The notes: generated from the letters alone by a model not told the origin. A stretch of 64,000 nt of DNA from a virus (IMGVR_UViG_3300025682_000004), one strand, 5' to 3'. Shown: positions 19,259 through 30,192, counted from the first letter of the stretch. Made by a program: numbers and translations.

Positions 19259-19993
19259 TCATTTTATCATTTTTTTTTTTATTGGAAATATTGTAAATTT
19301 TAATTTTTCTAATGTTTTTCTATTTGTAAAAAAACCACAATCAGTAAAAAATGATATATAAATATCATCTGAAATTTTATATGATTTTTTTCCTGTCCAC
19401 GATTCTAACCTACCATCATTAATAATATTAAAAACATAATAATACTCTGACAATAATGATGCGTATTTAAATATTCTACTAAAATTAATATTTAAAAAAT
19501 CATTTGGAATGAAACAATACACATCATAATTCGATTTTTCACACATTTTAAACATCTCATCAAATGTTTTCCAATATTGATGTTTACCTCTATGCTCACT
19601 ATTCACAATAAAACGATTATCATCCAAAACATAATCTGACCTATCATCAAATATATAATAATCAATATTATTATATTCTTTTATTTCATTTAATATCATA
19701 GTCAACATGTCAATTCTCATATAATTTGAGATTAACACCAATGTTTTTAATTCTGTATTATGTTTTTTGTTATTAAAAATATAAGCATAATCATATGTAT
19801 TACTAATATTGTTAACATCAACATCATTGACTATTAAATTATCATTAATGTTTTTTTGGTTAATATATATTTTATTGTCATTAATATTATTTTCAATAAA
19901 AATATTATTAGAATTAATAATATTAATCCTTTTTTTTATTATTCTCTTAATATTGTTTTTATTTTTTCTCATTATTATCACAATTATAATCAA
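19259..19993 (-). CDS. hypothetical protein, possibly a nucleotide-sugar transferase
   Basis: 244-aa ORF with an I/N-rich N-terminus and DD-containing segments. No secure motif. Confidence 0.3.
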   Translation of the reverse strand: MIIIVIIMRKNKNNIKRIIKKRINIINSNNIFIENNINDNKIYINQKNINDNLIVNDVDVNNISNTYDYAYIFNNKKHNTELKTLVLISNYMRIDMLTMILNEIKEYNNIDYYIFDDRSDYVLDDNRFIVNSEHRGKHQYWKTFDEMFKMCEKSNYDVYCFIPNDFLNINFSRIFKYASLLSEYYYVFNIINDGRLESWTGKKSYKISDDIYISFFTDCGFFTNRKTLEKLKFTIFPIKKKMIK

Positions 19994-20579
19994 TCTCGGT
20001 GTAGTTAATCTTACTTTTATTATTAAAATAATTTGGAAATTTTAATTTTTGTAAATTAAAATTTAATTCTGGAAACACATCAATATGCGACACAATTACA
20101 TTTAAACACTTTTTTAATTGATAACCACGTTTAAGCATTTCTTGATTTATCATAAAATCCCAATAAACAGATTCATCACAAACCCAATAATTAATATCAT
20201 CAATTACTTTTCTTCTCTGTATATTAACACAAGTTACCGTATTAACATCACCAAAAAAAACACCATTATATTCTTGAATATTTATTGGTTGAATTATATT
20301 ACCAACACCCGTTCTTTTTAACATTAATTGACCAATATTTCGAAAGGCATCCATTATATTCACAATTTTATCCAAAAAATTTTCTGTTATTGGTGGACGA
20401 TCATTATCCCATTGCATAGTATAAACACAATCATCATCCAAATTTTCATAACCCAATTTAGTCCCACCAAAATCACCTGAATTATAATCTAAAAAAATTG
20501 GCTTTATTTTATAATATCCATCAACTACAATAGATTTTAACCATTGTGTTGTACCATCAGTACTATTATTATCAATCAC
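19959..20579 (-). CDS. glycosyltransferase-like protein (GT-A fold fragment/short form)
   Basis: N-terminal IDNNSTDGT resembles the GT2 DDGSTD block. Its start overlaps the stop of the upstream gene by ATGA. Confidence 0.35.
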   Translation of the reverse strand: MIDNNSTDGTTQWLKSIVVDGYYKIKPIFLDYNSGDFGGTKLGYENLDDDCVYTMQWDNDRPPITENFLDKIVNIMDAFRNIGQLMLKRTGVGNIIQPINIQEYNGVFFGDVNTVTCVNIQRRKVIDDINYWVCDESVYWDFMINQEMLKRGYQLKKCLNVIVSHIDVFPELNFNLQKLKFPNYFNNKSKINYTEIDYNCDNNEKK

Positions 20580-21295
20580 ACCTTTAAAAATACGTTATTA
20601 ATAAAATTAGTTTGCACACTATCATCGTTTTTGTGTTTATCAAAAACATAATTATCTTCAGGATATTGTTTTTTGTGTTTTAAATACCCTTCAACATGTG
20701 ACAAAACATACCGTTTTATCCCATTTTTTTTCGCAAAATAATTAACATATAAATCATCCATTGATACATTACCACAGTAATCATACCATTTATCTAAATC
20801 ATTATAAAAATTACGTTTAAATAAACTACCACAATTACTAACAATATCGACTTCTTGATCCAATAAAACAGTACCTAACGCCCTATAAACAATTCTATCT
20901 CTATAATAACTATTAATAATACCTTTCAATAATACAACACCATGTAATGAAACATGTGCATTATATTTCTCACAACCATTAATTAATTTACCTAAATAAT
21001 CGTGTGGATATATTAAATCATCATCAGCCAACGCAATATAATAATTATTACCATGAGCAATATATTTTAATTTTTCATTACTACCCTTTTCATTATTACC
21101 CCTATATAATTTAATTCGCATATCATCGCCCAATTCTTTATTAATATATTCCCATTGCTCATCAGTCCAATTATTACACGTAATTGTTGCTGTACCAAAT
21201 TCTGGTTGACTTCTTAGCGAATTAATTGCAACAACGGCATGACCTTGTCGCCATAATGATGCAATGTAAATATCTACTTTACTATTCATAATCAT
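20576..21295 (-). CDS. putative glycosyltransferase
   Basis: ALADDD (DxD-like) and a position between other GT genes. Weak evidence. Confidence 0.35.
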   Translation of the reverse strand: MIMNSKVDIYIASLWRQGHAVVAINSLRSQPEFGTATITCNNWTDEQWEYINKELGDDMRIKLYRGNNEKGSNEKLKYIAHGNNYYIALADDDLIYPHDYLGKLINGCEKYNAHVSLHGVVLLKGIINSYYRDRIVYRALGTVLLDQEVDIVSNCGSLFKRNFYNDLDKWYDYCGNVSMDDLYVNYFAKKNGIKRYVLSHVEGYLKHKKQYPEDNYVFDKHKNDDSVQTNFINNVFLKV

Positions 21296-23396
21296 TTGGT
21301 TTTTTTCCTAAATTTGGAACACCTTGTGTTTTTGTTAACACTTGGTTAATCCATTTCTGTTTTAATTTTTTATTTTCTAATTGTTTAATAGCCCTATAAT
21401 CACCAAAATTCCAAGACACCCAATCAATTGGTAAATATTTCGAATGAAACATAAAACCAATACCAGATATATTCCCTGCAATAATTTTTCCAAAACCATT
21501 ATCATCTGGAACTATTCTTCCATTAATGTTTACTCTCCAAAGCAATAATTCATCTTCATTTTCAATATGATTCACTATTATACTTAAAGAATTTTCATTA
21601 ATAAACATATCATCATCATCTAAATACATAATCCAACCTTCTTTTACATAGTTATGTAAAACATTTATGTGTAAATTCCAAGGTGCAGGATATGATGCCA
21701 AATTATCTGGTTTTGGTTGAACTTCTTGTAATTCTAATTTAATATAATCATCACAATAATCACAATCAATATCACTACCAACAATATGATTAATATTTTT
21801 ATATGTTTGATTTAAAATTGAATCTCTACATATTTTAAAATGTTTAGGTCTATCGTGTGTTCTTGTTATAATATTAATAATTGGATTTTTATTTTCTTTA
21901 TTTCTTTTAATTTCTCTTTCTTTATTTTCAAAATCGTTTACAAAATTCATCAATCTATTATAATCAACCATAAATCTTTCATTACCACCCAAAATTTTAT
22001 TTCTACTTATAGATTCATAATGAATTGCAACAGCATCACTAACTGTAATATTTTTTAATCCATCGTATTTACATTTAATATTTAATTCAACATCTTCCAA
22101 ACATTCAATATAGTTTTCATTAAACCCACCATATTTTAAAAATAAATCTTTTTTAATTAACATAAACCCACCAGTATTTCCCAATGAATCGTAATTAATA
22201 CCAGTAAAATAATTTTCAGTTTTTCTAATATCTTTATGTGTAAGTCTTAAAATATTATTTTCTTTATACATTAAAATCCCATTATGTTGAATACTACCAT
22301 CCCCATAATGTAATCTAATACCAATAGTACCAACAGTATCTTTATTTTGATTATAAATTTCAATACATCTACTAAGACTATCATTTAATAATTTTATATC
22401 ATCATTACAAAATAGTATTAATTCTGTATCATTAGATGTATGATTTTTTACTACATCATTATTTATTTTAGCAAAATTATAATAATTATATTTTATTAAT
22501 TTAATTTTATTTGAAAGAAATGAATCATATTCCTTAATTACACTTTCATCACTACCCGTATCAGCAATAATTATTTCATAATTATCATAATTAACAACAT
22601 TATTCCAAGAATAAATATTATTTTTAATATACTTTAAATTATTTTTTGTTGGAATAATTACTGTTACTTTTGGCTCTGTTAATAAATTAACAATTAAATC
22701 ATTATATTCTGGTAATATTGTTATTGGTAATTCATCATAATATTTTTCCGCTAATTGTTTTCTATTTTCATCCCATTGTTGATTTGTTTCACCAATTGAT
22801 TTATGTAATATTCTAATATCTGTTGTTACACCAATATTACAACCATCAAGCCAATTTGGAATACAAAATGATAAATCATAAAGATGAAACCCTTTAAATT
22901 CTTCATCAAATCTATGTACAATCGTATCGGGATTAAAAGAAATAAAAAGACCATCAACCAAAACAACTGGTGTAATCACACCCTTTTTTTCTTTAGAATA
23001 TTCACTTGTCCAAATAGAATATCCATCCGTATGGTCAACAATACCAACCATTTTTGTTCTATCTTCCCACCATACACAGGATTCAGGTAAATAGGTACTA
23101 CCTGCAACACCAATAATATCAAAATTTGTTTGATTAAATTTAAAAAGCAATAATTTACCCCAATCTCTCGTACCTATAATAATATCATTATGACAAACAA
23201 CAAATATAGAATCCTTTTTATAATGTTCTTTAATCGCTTTATTATAAATTTCAGTAAGACTATACTGATTAAAATTTGAATAGCAAATTACATCATGTTT
23301 AACTTTACCAATGGTATTGTTAATATGTTTAATAAATTTCTGATTTTCTTCTTCAGATAAATGGGATGAAAAAACAACAACAATATTATTTTTCAT
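21282..23396 (-). CDS. multidomain glycosyltransferase (at least two GT2-like modules)
   Basis: Central module KVTVIIPTKNNLKYIKNNI...YEIIIADTGSDESV is a classic GT2 N-terminal pattern. The N-terminal and C-terminal regions each have additional GT-A-like DxD segments (FHLYDLSF, MYLDDDDMF). Confidence 0.6.
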   Translation of the reverse strand: MKNNIVVVFSSHLSEEENQKFIKHINNTIGKVKHDVICYSNFNQYSLTEIYNKAIKEHYKKDSIFVVCHNDIIIGTRDWGKLLLFKFNQTNFDIIGVAGSTYLPESCVWWEDRTKMVGIVDHTDGYSIWTSEYSKEKKGVITPVVLVDGLFISFNPDTIVHRFDEEFKGFHLYDLSFCIPNWLDGCNIGVTTDIRILHKSIGETNQQWDENRKQLAEKYYDELPITILPEYNDLIVNLLTEPKVTVIIPTKNNLKYIKNNIYSWNNVVNYDNYEIIIADTGSDESVIKEYDSFLSNKIKLIKYNYYNFAKINNDVVKNHTSNDTELILFCNDDIKLLNDSLSRCIEIYNQNKDTVGTIGIRLHYGDGSIQHNGILMYKENNILRLTHKDIRKTENYFTGINYDSLGNTGGFMLIKKDLFLKYGGFNENYIECLEDVELNIKCKYDGLKNITVSDAVAIHYESISRNKILGGNERFMVDYNRLMNFVNDFENKEREIKRNKENKNPIINIITRTHDRPKHFKICRDSILNQTYKNINHIVGSDIDCDYCDDYIKLELQEVQPKPDNLASYPAPWNLHINVLHNYVKEGWIMYLDDDDMFINENSLSIIVNHIENEDELLLWRVNINGRIVPDDNGFGKIIAGNISGIGFMFHSKYLPIDWVSWNFGDYRAIKQLENKKLKQKWINQVLTKTQGVPNLGKKPNDYE

Positions 23397-23445
23397 TTAT
23401 AAAAAATTTAATATTTTGCAATATTAATATAAATAAATTAAATTA

Positions 23446-23766
23446 TCAAATAAATTGTTGCATATGATTTTTTAAAATTAATTCATAATCATAAATTGCC
23501 CTCTCTAATGGGAATGGTATTCTAATCAATGCATTATCAGGAATATCAAATTCATTTGTATATTCATTATTGGCATATAATATTAAAAAATCGTAAAAAG
23601 GATTATTATAATATTTTTGTGATAATTTATCTAACCTATCACTACCACTACTCCAAAAAATATACTTATCACTAGTATTAACAGGTAAATCAACAAAAGG
23701 CATGGGTTCAATTGAACCATCAGGCTTTTTTAATATGGCATATCTATTATAATCTAATTTTGGCAT
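23446..23766 (-). CDS. hypothetical protein
   Basis: 106-aa ORF. Confidence 0.3.
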   Translation of the reverse strand: MPKLDYNRYAILKKPDGSIEPMPFVDLPVNTSDKYIFWSSGSDRLDKLSQKYYNNPFYDFLILYANNEYTNEFDIPDNALIRIPFPLERAIYDYELILKNHMQQFI

Positions 23767-23777
23767 AATAATAAAAT

Positions 23778-26700
23778 TTATGATAAATTATTATTTGTTT
23801 TTAATTCGTTATATCTACTTTTCATATTATCAATAATATCCTTTTTTATTTCTTTAAAATATGCTTGTTGTTCCCTTGCAATTCTACTTGCCTTTTTATA
23901 AATCCCTGTATTAGTAAAAGTTGAATTGGCATAATAGTTATACGATACAGCATTTTGAAGTGCATCGATAGGTCCTGACAGTGATTGACCACCCAATACA
24001 TTCATTTGTAATGTAACCTTTGCAATCATTGGTTGCATACCAAATCCTTCAGGATTCATATCCCATGTTGTATCGTTGTAATCAACAGTAACATTATTAA
24101 TAATTACCTTTGTATAAAAGAAATCACCAACCCTTAAAATACATATTGGTTGCTTACCAAAAACTGAATTTTTTGATGTTAAATTATCTTTATCTTTTAT
24201 ATTTCTATTTCTAACTGAAGAACCTTGTCTAGTACATTGCTGTAAAAACGTTAATCTTTTATGAAAATCCTCTGGTGTTTGAGAATGATACATGGGTTTA
24301 TAATGATTCGTTTTTATTGATTCAAAATTATCAAAAATCGCTTTATCTTCTTTTGTTCTTTCTGTAAATATATTATCCTTTCTATTTCTTGCTCTATATA
24401 ATGTTGTATATAAATTTTCTAATTCTTTTTCTAATTCTTTTATTTCTAATTCATATTGATTGTCACTAACAGTACCATCTTCAGATATTGTTTTTCCATT
24501 ATGAACAAAACTTAATTCAACCCTTCTATCACCTTTTACTTCATTAATATTTTTATCATCTACATCATCACTATAATTAGAACCTTTATTTACTATTTCA
24601 ATAAAAATATCTTCATCAACAAAATCATTATTAGGAAATAATGCATTTAATCTTTTTAAAATAAAAATTTTTGCTGCTTCAAGTCTTCTTTCAACCAAAA
24701 TTGTATTATAACCAACTATATTATCACCATGTCTTGATGCATAACCTTCAAGTTTAATACCAATAACCTTTTTATTATTATTATCAACATAAACTTCTTT
24801 TAATGTCTTATTCAATAAACAATTTTCATTAATTGCATTATATTGTGATGTATCTGCACTTAAAACATATATATTGTCATTTAATCCTGAACTACCTTCA
24901 TCACCCTCTATTGTAGAATTTTTATTACTTATTTCATATTTATTATTATATATATAATCAATAACATTTGAAACCCCACCTTCTTTTGGATAATCATTTG
25001 GAAAATAAATTGAAGGTAAATTTTCTAAATTTAATCCATCAGCAACTATTTCACCAGAATTAATTAAATTATCTTTTTTTATATTATCTATTTCTTGTTT
25101 TATATCTTCAATTCTTTTTGTTAAATCACTAATACTAACACTATCTTCATAATAATCATCACCCCCAAAAGCAAAGAAATTAGCAATTTTCTTTTTATAT
25201 TCTTCTTCACCCATATAGTTAATTAAATGAGGTGGATGGTCAATAAGGAGAACAAAAGAAAGTGTTGCACTTCTTTCTGAATTCATATATGTATATATTG
25301 GTTCATTTCTACCCACCATAACAGTAGAGTCAAATTTTGCTGTTGAAGTTTCATTAAGTTCAATTCCGTATGGTGGAAACCACATAATACGACCGTTGAA
25401 CGGTCCTACCTCACTTATCGGTATTTGAGAACCATCTTCATCATCAATATAACCAATATTATTTAATTCATCCTTAACAGCAGTAACAGCAAGATTTTCA
25501 ATGCTAAACATCATGTTTTTATTATCAACATTTCCTTTATCATCTCTAATTGGATGTATTTTTGGCATTACTGAATTATATATTACAGAATCTTTATTAT
25601 TACCACTCTTATTATATGCTATATTACCATCAAACCTAATTGCCTTTACAAATTTATCATATTTATCCAATGCATTATGCTGACGAATACCTTCTTTTCT
25701 ACCTTTAAAATTTTTTGATGAATATTTTGTTAATTCTTTTTCCCATACAGGAGAACCATTAAATCCATATATTCTTTTATTTAAATCTCTATATATTTTT
25801 TTGGTCATATCAACATAAAAACCAGATGATACGTTTAATAAATTTTTAGTATATTCAAGTAAACCTCTTTTAATTTTGAAATTTTCAATATTATTATTAA
25901 TTAATTCTTTTGTATATTTATCCCTTGAATTATCTAAATTAAAATGTACAATTTGTCCAACACCATCCTTACCCCAAATTAAGTTATTTTGAATATCATC
26001 TTCAGAATCATAATTAGTTATAAAATCTTTAGGAATTTCTGTTAACTCTTGATTAGTTGTTTTACCATAAAAAAATGATATATCATGAATATCTGAAACA
26101 TATTCTTCTGCACCAGCATATGTTTCAGGTAATTTATCTGAATATGTTTTAATCATATCAGAACCATATAATATTGAATATGGATTATAAAAAAAATCAA
26201 ATCTTTTTCCTTTCAATTCATCAATTAAATCTTTTTGTCCTTTTATATTATATTTAACACGATATTCATATAACGAATTAAATTTATAAAAATTAAAATT
26301 TAGTTGTCTAAACAATTCATTTAATTGACCTTTACCTGTATAATCAACAATTTCATTTTCGTTTATAATATGTTCATAATTACTATCAATACGTTGTGAT
26401 TTATAAAATGATGGTGATAATAAATTATCAACAAAATCAAAACCAGTAATATTTAATTTAGTAATACTATAATCAGCAGGTTTACTAAAAATTGGTTCAT
26501 TCGTAAATAAATTTTGAATATTAATACTTGGTAGATAATCGGCAGTAGTACGTGCTGCTTGTGATACAGCATTAAATGTCATTTGTTTACCTAACATAAC
26601 ACTACCAATACTTTCCAATGGTGTTATGTTACCAAATAATCCAAAATCAATTCCACGACCAATTAAAGTATTTGATAAATTTAATGAATTATATTGAGGT

Positions 26701-27026
26701 ATAACATCAAGAAGTGCATTTCCAAAATTACCTAATTTAGTATCATTATTAAATCTAAATAAATTTCCAGCACTTGATGTAGCATAATCTTTATAATCTA
26801 AATCAAAACTATATCTATTTTCTTTAAGATTTCTATATAATATAAAATTTATAAATTCATCAAAAGTATAAACACCATCACCATAATGGATATTATTTTT
26901 ATTGTCAAAATTATTTAAATTTAAAATTACATTAAGAAATTCTTCAAGAGTATAATTTATATCATTATAAATAATATAATCTTTTCTTATTAAATTTGAA
27001 CTATTTTCAGGTAAATTAATATCCAT
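23778..27026 (-). CDS. large virion (tail/baseplate?) protein with OmpA/MotB-like peptidoglycan-binding-type segment
   Basis: 1082 aa, directly downstream of the tape measure gene. KLEGYASRHGDNIVGYNTILVERRLEAAKIFI resembles the OmpA_C consensus (GHTD..G....N..LS..RA..V). Confidence 0.4.
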   Translation of the reverse strand: MDINLPENSSNLIRKDYIIYNDINYTLEEFLNVILNLNNFDNKNNIHYGDGVYTFDEFINFILYRNLKENRYSFDLDYKDYATSSAGNLFRFNNDTKLGNFGNALLDVIPQYNSLNLSNTLIGRGIDFGLFGNITPLESIGSVMLGKQMTFNAVSQAARTTADYLPSINIQNLFTNEPIFSKPADYSITKLNITGFDFVDNLLSPSFYKSQRIDSNYEHIINENEIVDYTGKGQLNELFRQLNFNFYKFNSLYEYRVKYNIKGQKDLIDELKGKRFDFFYNPYSILYGSDMIKTYSDKLPETYAGAEEYVSDIHDISFFYGKTTNQELTEIPKDFITNYDSEDDIQNNLIWGKDGVGQIVHFNLDNSRDKYTKELINNNIENFKIKRGLLEYTKNLLNVSSGFYVDMTKKIYRDLNKRIYGFNGSPVWEKELTKYSSKNFKGRKEGIRQHNALDKYDKFVKAIRFDGNIAYNKSGNNKDSVIYNSVMPKIHPIRDDKGNVDNKNMMFSIENLAVTAVKDELNNIGYIDDEDGSQIPISEVGPFNGRIMWFPPYGIELNETSTAKFDSTVMVGRNEPIYTYMNSERSATLSFVLLIDHPPHLINYMGEEEYKKKIANFFAFGGDDYYEDSVSISDLTKRIEDIKQEIDNIKKDNLINSGEIVADGLNLENLPSIYFPNDYPKEGGVSNVIDYIYNNKYEISNKNSTIEGDEGSSGLNDNIYVLSADTSQYNAINENCLLNKTLKEVYVDNNNKKVIGIKLEGYASRHGDNIVGYNTILVERRLEAAKIFILKRLNALFPNNDFVDEDIFIEIVNKGSNYSDDVDDKNINEVKGDRRVELSFVHNGKTISEDGTVSDNQYELEIKELEKELENLYTTLYRARNRKDNIFTERTKEDKAIFDNFESIKTNHYKPMYHSQTPEDFHKRLTFLQQCTRQGSSVRNRNIKDKDNLTSKNSVFGKQPICILRVGDFFYTKVIINNVTVDYNDTTWDMNPEGFGMQPMIAKVTLQMNVLGGQSLSGPIDALQNAVSYNYYANSTFTNTGIYKKASRIAREQQAYFKEIKKDIIDNMKSRYNELKTNNNLS

Positions 27027-27482
27027 TGGTATATAATCCTATATATTTTTAATAAATACTTGTTAAATTGTTTTATATGTATTATCTTTACATTGGGAAA
27101 ATATATTCTTTTTCGAAAAATTTAATTTTGAATTAAACCAATTCCTTTATTGAGGTGTGTTAATAATTTTTAATTTTTAAATTATGAATTATAATGGTAA
27201 GATTTTTTTAAATGAAAAAAATTTTAAATTTTTGAATATAATATGCCCTTCATCTAAGTTTTTTGTTAAATTCGTAGAATTTAATTATAAACATTATAAC
27301 TTTGATTTTGTTTCGTAGAAACGAAAAAAGATTTTGAATAGAATTTTTATTTACTTTTATTTGAAATAAATAAATATTACCTTTTTATTGTTTTTACATT
27401 GAAAATAAAAATCTTGGCAAAGTTATAAAAAATTTTTGACATTTGCAAATTTTTATTGTTTTTATTTTTATTAAATTATTTT

Positions 27483-30083
27483 TTAATTTACCTTACCAAG
27501 TTTAGCATCATTTGATTTTTGAACAGCAATTCTATTCGTAAATGATTTATTCATTAATTTTTCACCATCAACTTCAAGCGTTACATCAGTTTGAATAGGT
27601 ATTGTATTTTTTTCAAATTCTACTTTTAAAGGTGTTTTTAATAATGCTGCAAGTTCAGCAAATACACTACCTTTATTTGTATTCACACTTGAAATTAATT
27701 TAACTGCACTTTCAACGGCTTCAAAATCTTCTTTTGTTCCAGACATTACTGCTTTTATATTACCAAAAGCATTACCTACCTTTTCAACAGCATCGGCATG
27801 TTTTGCTATTGTTTTCATTGTTAATGCAAATACTCCCAAACCTAAAGCACCTGCTGTAAAACCCATCATTGCTAATGATAATGCCTTAACACCAAGTCCA
27901 ACACTAAGCATTGCATCACCAGCACCTTTACTTTTTTCAATCATTTCACCAATTCCTTTTGCCATAATTCCTATTCCAACAGCAGCAATACCAACAGCAG
28001 CACCTATTCCTAAAGCAGCAACACTAAGTGCATATAATCCTGGAGCAGCAAGTGCACCAGCAGCACCTGCAATAGCAATACCAAGAGCAGCAGCAGGAAA
28101 CGAAATGGCTAATGTCATGGCAATTCCTTTTAAAACAGATAATTGTTTTTCATCCAATTTGCTCATAGAATCGGCAAGTTTACTAATACCAACAGCAGCA
28201 AGTGCAACACCGCCACCAATTCCTAAAGCAGCAGCACCAATACCTGCACCAGTACCAAGTCTTTTCATTCCAATACCCTTTGCTTCAGCACCAGCACCAA
28301 TACCCCTACCCTTTGCTTCAGCACCAGCACCAATACCCCTACCCTCTGCTTCAGCACCAGCACCAATACCCCTTCTCATATCTGCTAAACCACTACTTCC
28401 TTTTCCTGTTGTTGGTGTTAATGAATCACCAATACCAACACTTTTACTAAAAAGACTAGAAAGACCACCAGAATTAGTTGCTGCTAAATTTCTAAAACTT
28501 AATTTATTATATGATATGTAATTATCAAATGCTCTATTAAGAAGTTTTGAAGAAAGAAAAAATAATTTAGCACCAGCAAATAATGTGGTAGCAGCAATAA
28601 CAATACCCTTTCCTTCAAATAATTTATCTGAATACTTACTTATCCATAACAATGCTTTATTTATATTATTTAATAATGGTAATAATCCTGCTTTTAACAT
28701 TTCTATTGTTGCTTTAAATGTTTCATCAAAAGTCATTGCTTCTTTTGCACGGTCTTTTAATAGTTTTTGTTCTTGTGCAAAAGATTTAGCCTGTTGTATT
28801 GTTAATTCACTGATATTTTTCATATCTTCACCAAGTTGAACTTGAAATTTACCAGTTTGTTGATTAAAAAATGCAGCACCTTCAATTAGTTGTTTTTGTT
28901 CATTTGTTAAACCCATACCAGATAATTCCTGTGACATTTTTCCGATATCAAATGCTCTTAATGCCATTTCTGTCATTTTATCCGTAGTAATACCCAATGC
29001 TTTACCAGCAGCAGCAAGCCTATCACGGTCAGCAGGACTAATAAATTTTTCAAAAGTACCTTCACTATTTTTACGAAGTGTAACAATACCCTTTGTCATT
29101 TCCCCAATTTTTGCTTGAAGTTTAGCAGGGTCATTACGTGCAAAATATAGTGTTTCAAACATATCCAATTTAGCAAATTCACCACCCATTACCTGTAAAT
29201 TTGCTACCATACCAATAGCCCCTTCAAGTGTTCTTGCAATTTCAGCAGAATTTAATGCATCGGAAATATCAACTTTAAATTTTTCAGCATATTCTGCCAT
29301 TTCTCTAAAACCTCTAACACCCTGTTGAAAATGGAAGGTTTGTAGTTTTTTAAAATTATCAGTAATATTTTTTAATACTTTTGTGGTATTAACACCCATT
29401 CTTTCAGAAGTATCAACAACACCCTGAACATAATCTAAAGCACCTTTTGTATTAATACCAATTGCTTCAAATTGTGCTGAAAGTTTAGTTGCCTGTTCAA
29501 TTCCAAGACCAGTACCTTTACCAATAACAGTAATATCCTTAACCATATCTGATGTTAATGCACGTGACCTACCTGTTTCATCGGCAAATCCAGTCATCAT
29601 GGTTTGAATAACTTCAAGATTACCACCCAATCTAGCAACAAACATTGCACTTCTTTCAAAAGAACCTCGCATTAATTCTGCTTTGTTCCCACTCATTCCT
29701 AGATTAAGAATGGTATTTTTTATGATTTTATCCTGTTGTTGTAAATATTTATAACCACTTACTAATAAATCAAAACTATGTTTTAATGAACTTATAATAT
29801 GTTTTCTTCTTTTATATTCATTATCAAGTTCGTTATTTAATTCTTTTTGAATATCAATTAATTTATTGTATTGTTTTAATTGTTCGTCTGTTAAACCTTT
29901 AGTATTATTTTTTAATTGATTTACAATTTTTTCATTATTTGCAATAATTTCAACAGTAATTGCTCTAGCACGTTCATAATCACCAAGATTAATTAAAGAT
30001 TTTCTTGATTTTTGAAGTTCTTTATTTAATTTTTGATATTCTTCAAATGTTTTTCTAACTTCTTCAGGTGACATTTTGCTCAT
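27483..30083 (-). CDS. tail tape measure protein (gp29-like role)
   Basis: 866 aa with an N-terminal coiled-coil-rich region, multiple hydrophobic/TM-like Gly/Ala stretches, and internal 11-aa tandem repeats (GIGAGAEAKGR x3). Confidence 0.55.
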   Translation of the reverse strand: MSKMSPEEVRKTFEEYQKLNKELQKSRKSLINLGDYERARAITVEIIANNEKIVNQLKNNTKGLTDEQLKQYNKLIDIQKELNNELDNEYKRRKHIISSLKHSFDLLVSGYKYLQQQDKIIKNTILNLGMSGNKAELMRGSFERSAMFVARLGGNLEVIQTMMTGFADETGRSRALTSDMVKDITVIGKGTGLGIEQATKLSAQFEAIGINTKGALDYVQGVVDTSERMGVNTTKVLKNITDNFKKLQTFHFQQGVRGFREMAEYAEKFKVDISDALNSAEIARTLEGAIGMVANLQVMGGEFAKLDMFETLYFARNDPAKLQAKIGEMTKGIVTLRKNSEGTFEKFISPADRDRLAAAGKALGITTDKMTEMALRAFDIGKMSQELSGMGLTNEQKQLIEGAAFFNQQTGKFQVQLGEDMKNISELTIQQAKSFAQEQKLLKDRAKEAMTFDETFKATIEMLKAGLLPLLNNINKALLWISKYSDKLFEGKGIVIAATTLFAGAKLFFLSSKLLNRAFDNYISYNKLSFRNLAATNSGGLSSLFSKSVGIGDSLTPTTGKGSSGLADMRRGIGAGAEAEGRGIGAGAEAKGRGIGAGAEAKGIGMKRLGTGAGIGAAALGIGGGVALAAVGISKLADSMSKLDEKQLSVLKGIAMTLAISFPAAALGIAIAGAAGALAAPGLYALSVAALGIGAAVGIAAVGIGIMAKGIGEMIEKSKGAGDAMLSVGLGVKALSLAMMGFTAGALGLGVFALTMKTIAKHADAVEKVGNAFGNIKAVMSGTKEDFEAVESAVKLISSVNTNKGSVFAELAALLKTPLKVEFEKNTIPIQTDVTLEVDGEKLMNKSFTNRIAVQKSNDAKLGKVN
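28270..28380. repeat. 3 x 33-nt tandem coding repeat within the tape measure gene
   Basis: ctttgcttcagcaccagcaccaatacccctacc is repeated. It encodes GIGAGAEA(E/K)GR on the minus strand. Confidence 0.7.
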
Positions 30084-30154
30084 AGTGATAATATTTTACT
30101 ATAAATAGTTATTGGTAAATTTTAATAAAATTTTAAATTACGATTATTATAAAT

Positions 30155-30192
30155 AAAAAAAGACCAAAATTTTAAAATCTTGGTCTTTTTTT
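30155..30192. terminator. hairpin plus T-run, bidirectional terminator-like
   Basis: agaccaa...ttggtct stem followed by ttttttt, and T-rich on the other strand. Lies between gene 30360-31289 and the tape measure start. Confidence 0.4.

Noticed and set aside
28105-28521. Plus-strand ORFs (138 aa and 82 aa, Pro/Ala/His/Gln-rich) inside the tape measure gene
   Set aside because: They are antisense read-through of the Gly/Ala codon repeats (gcacc/agcagc) of the minus-strand gene. There is no independent support.
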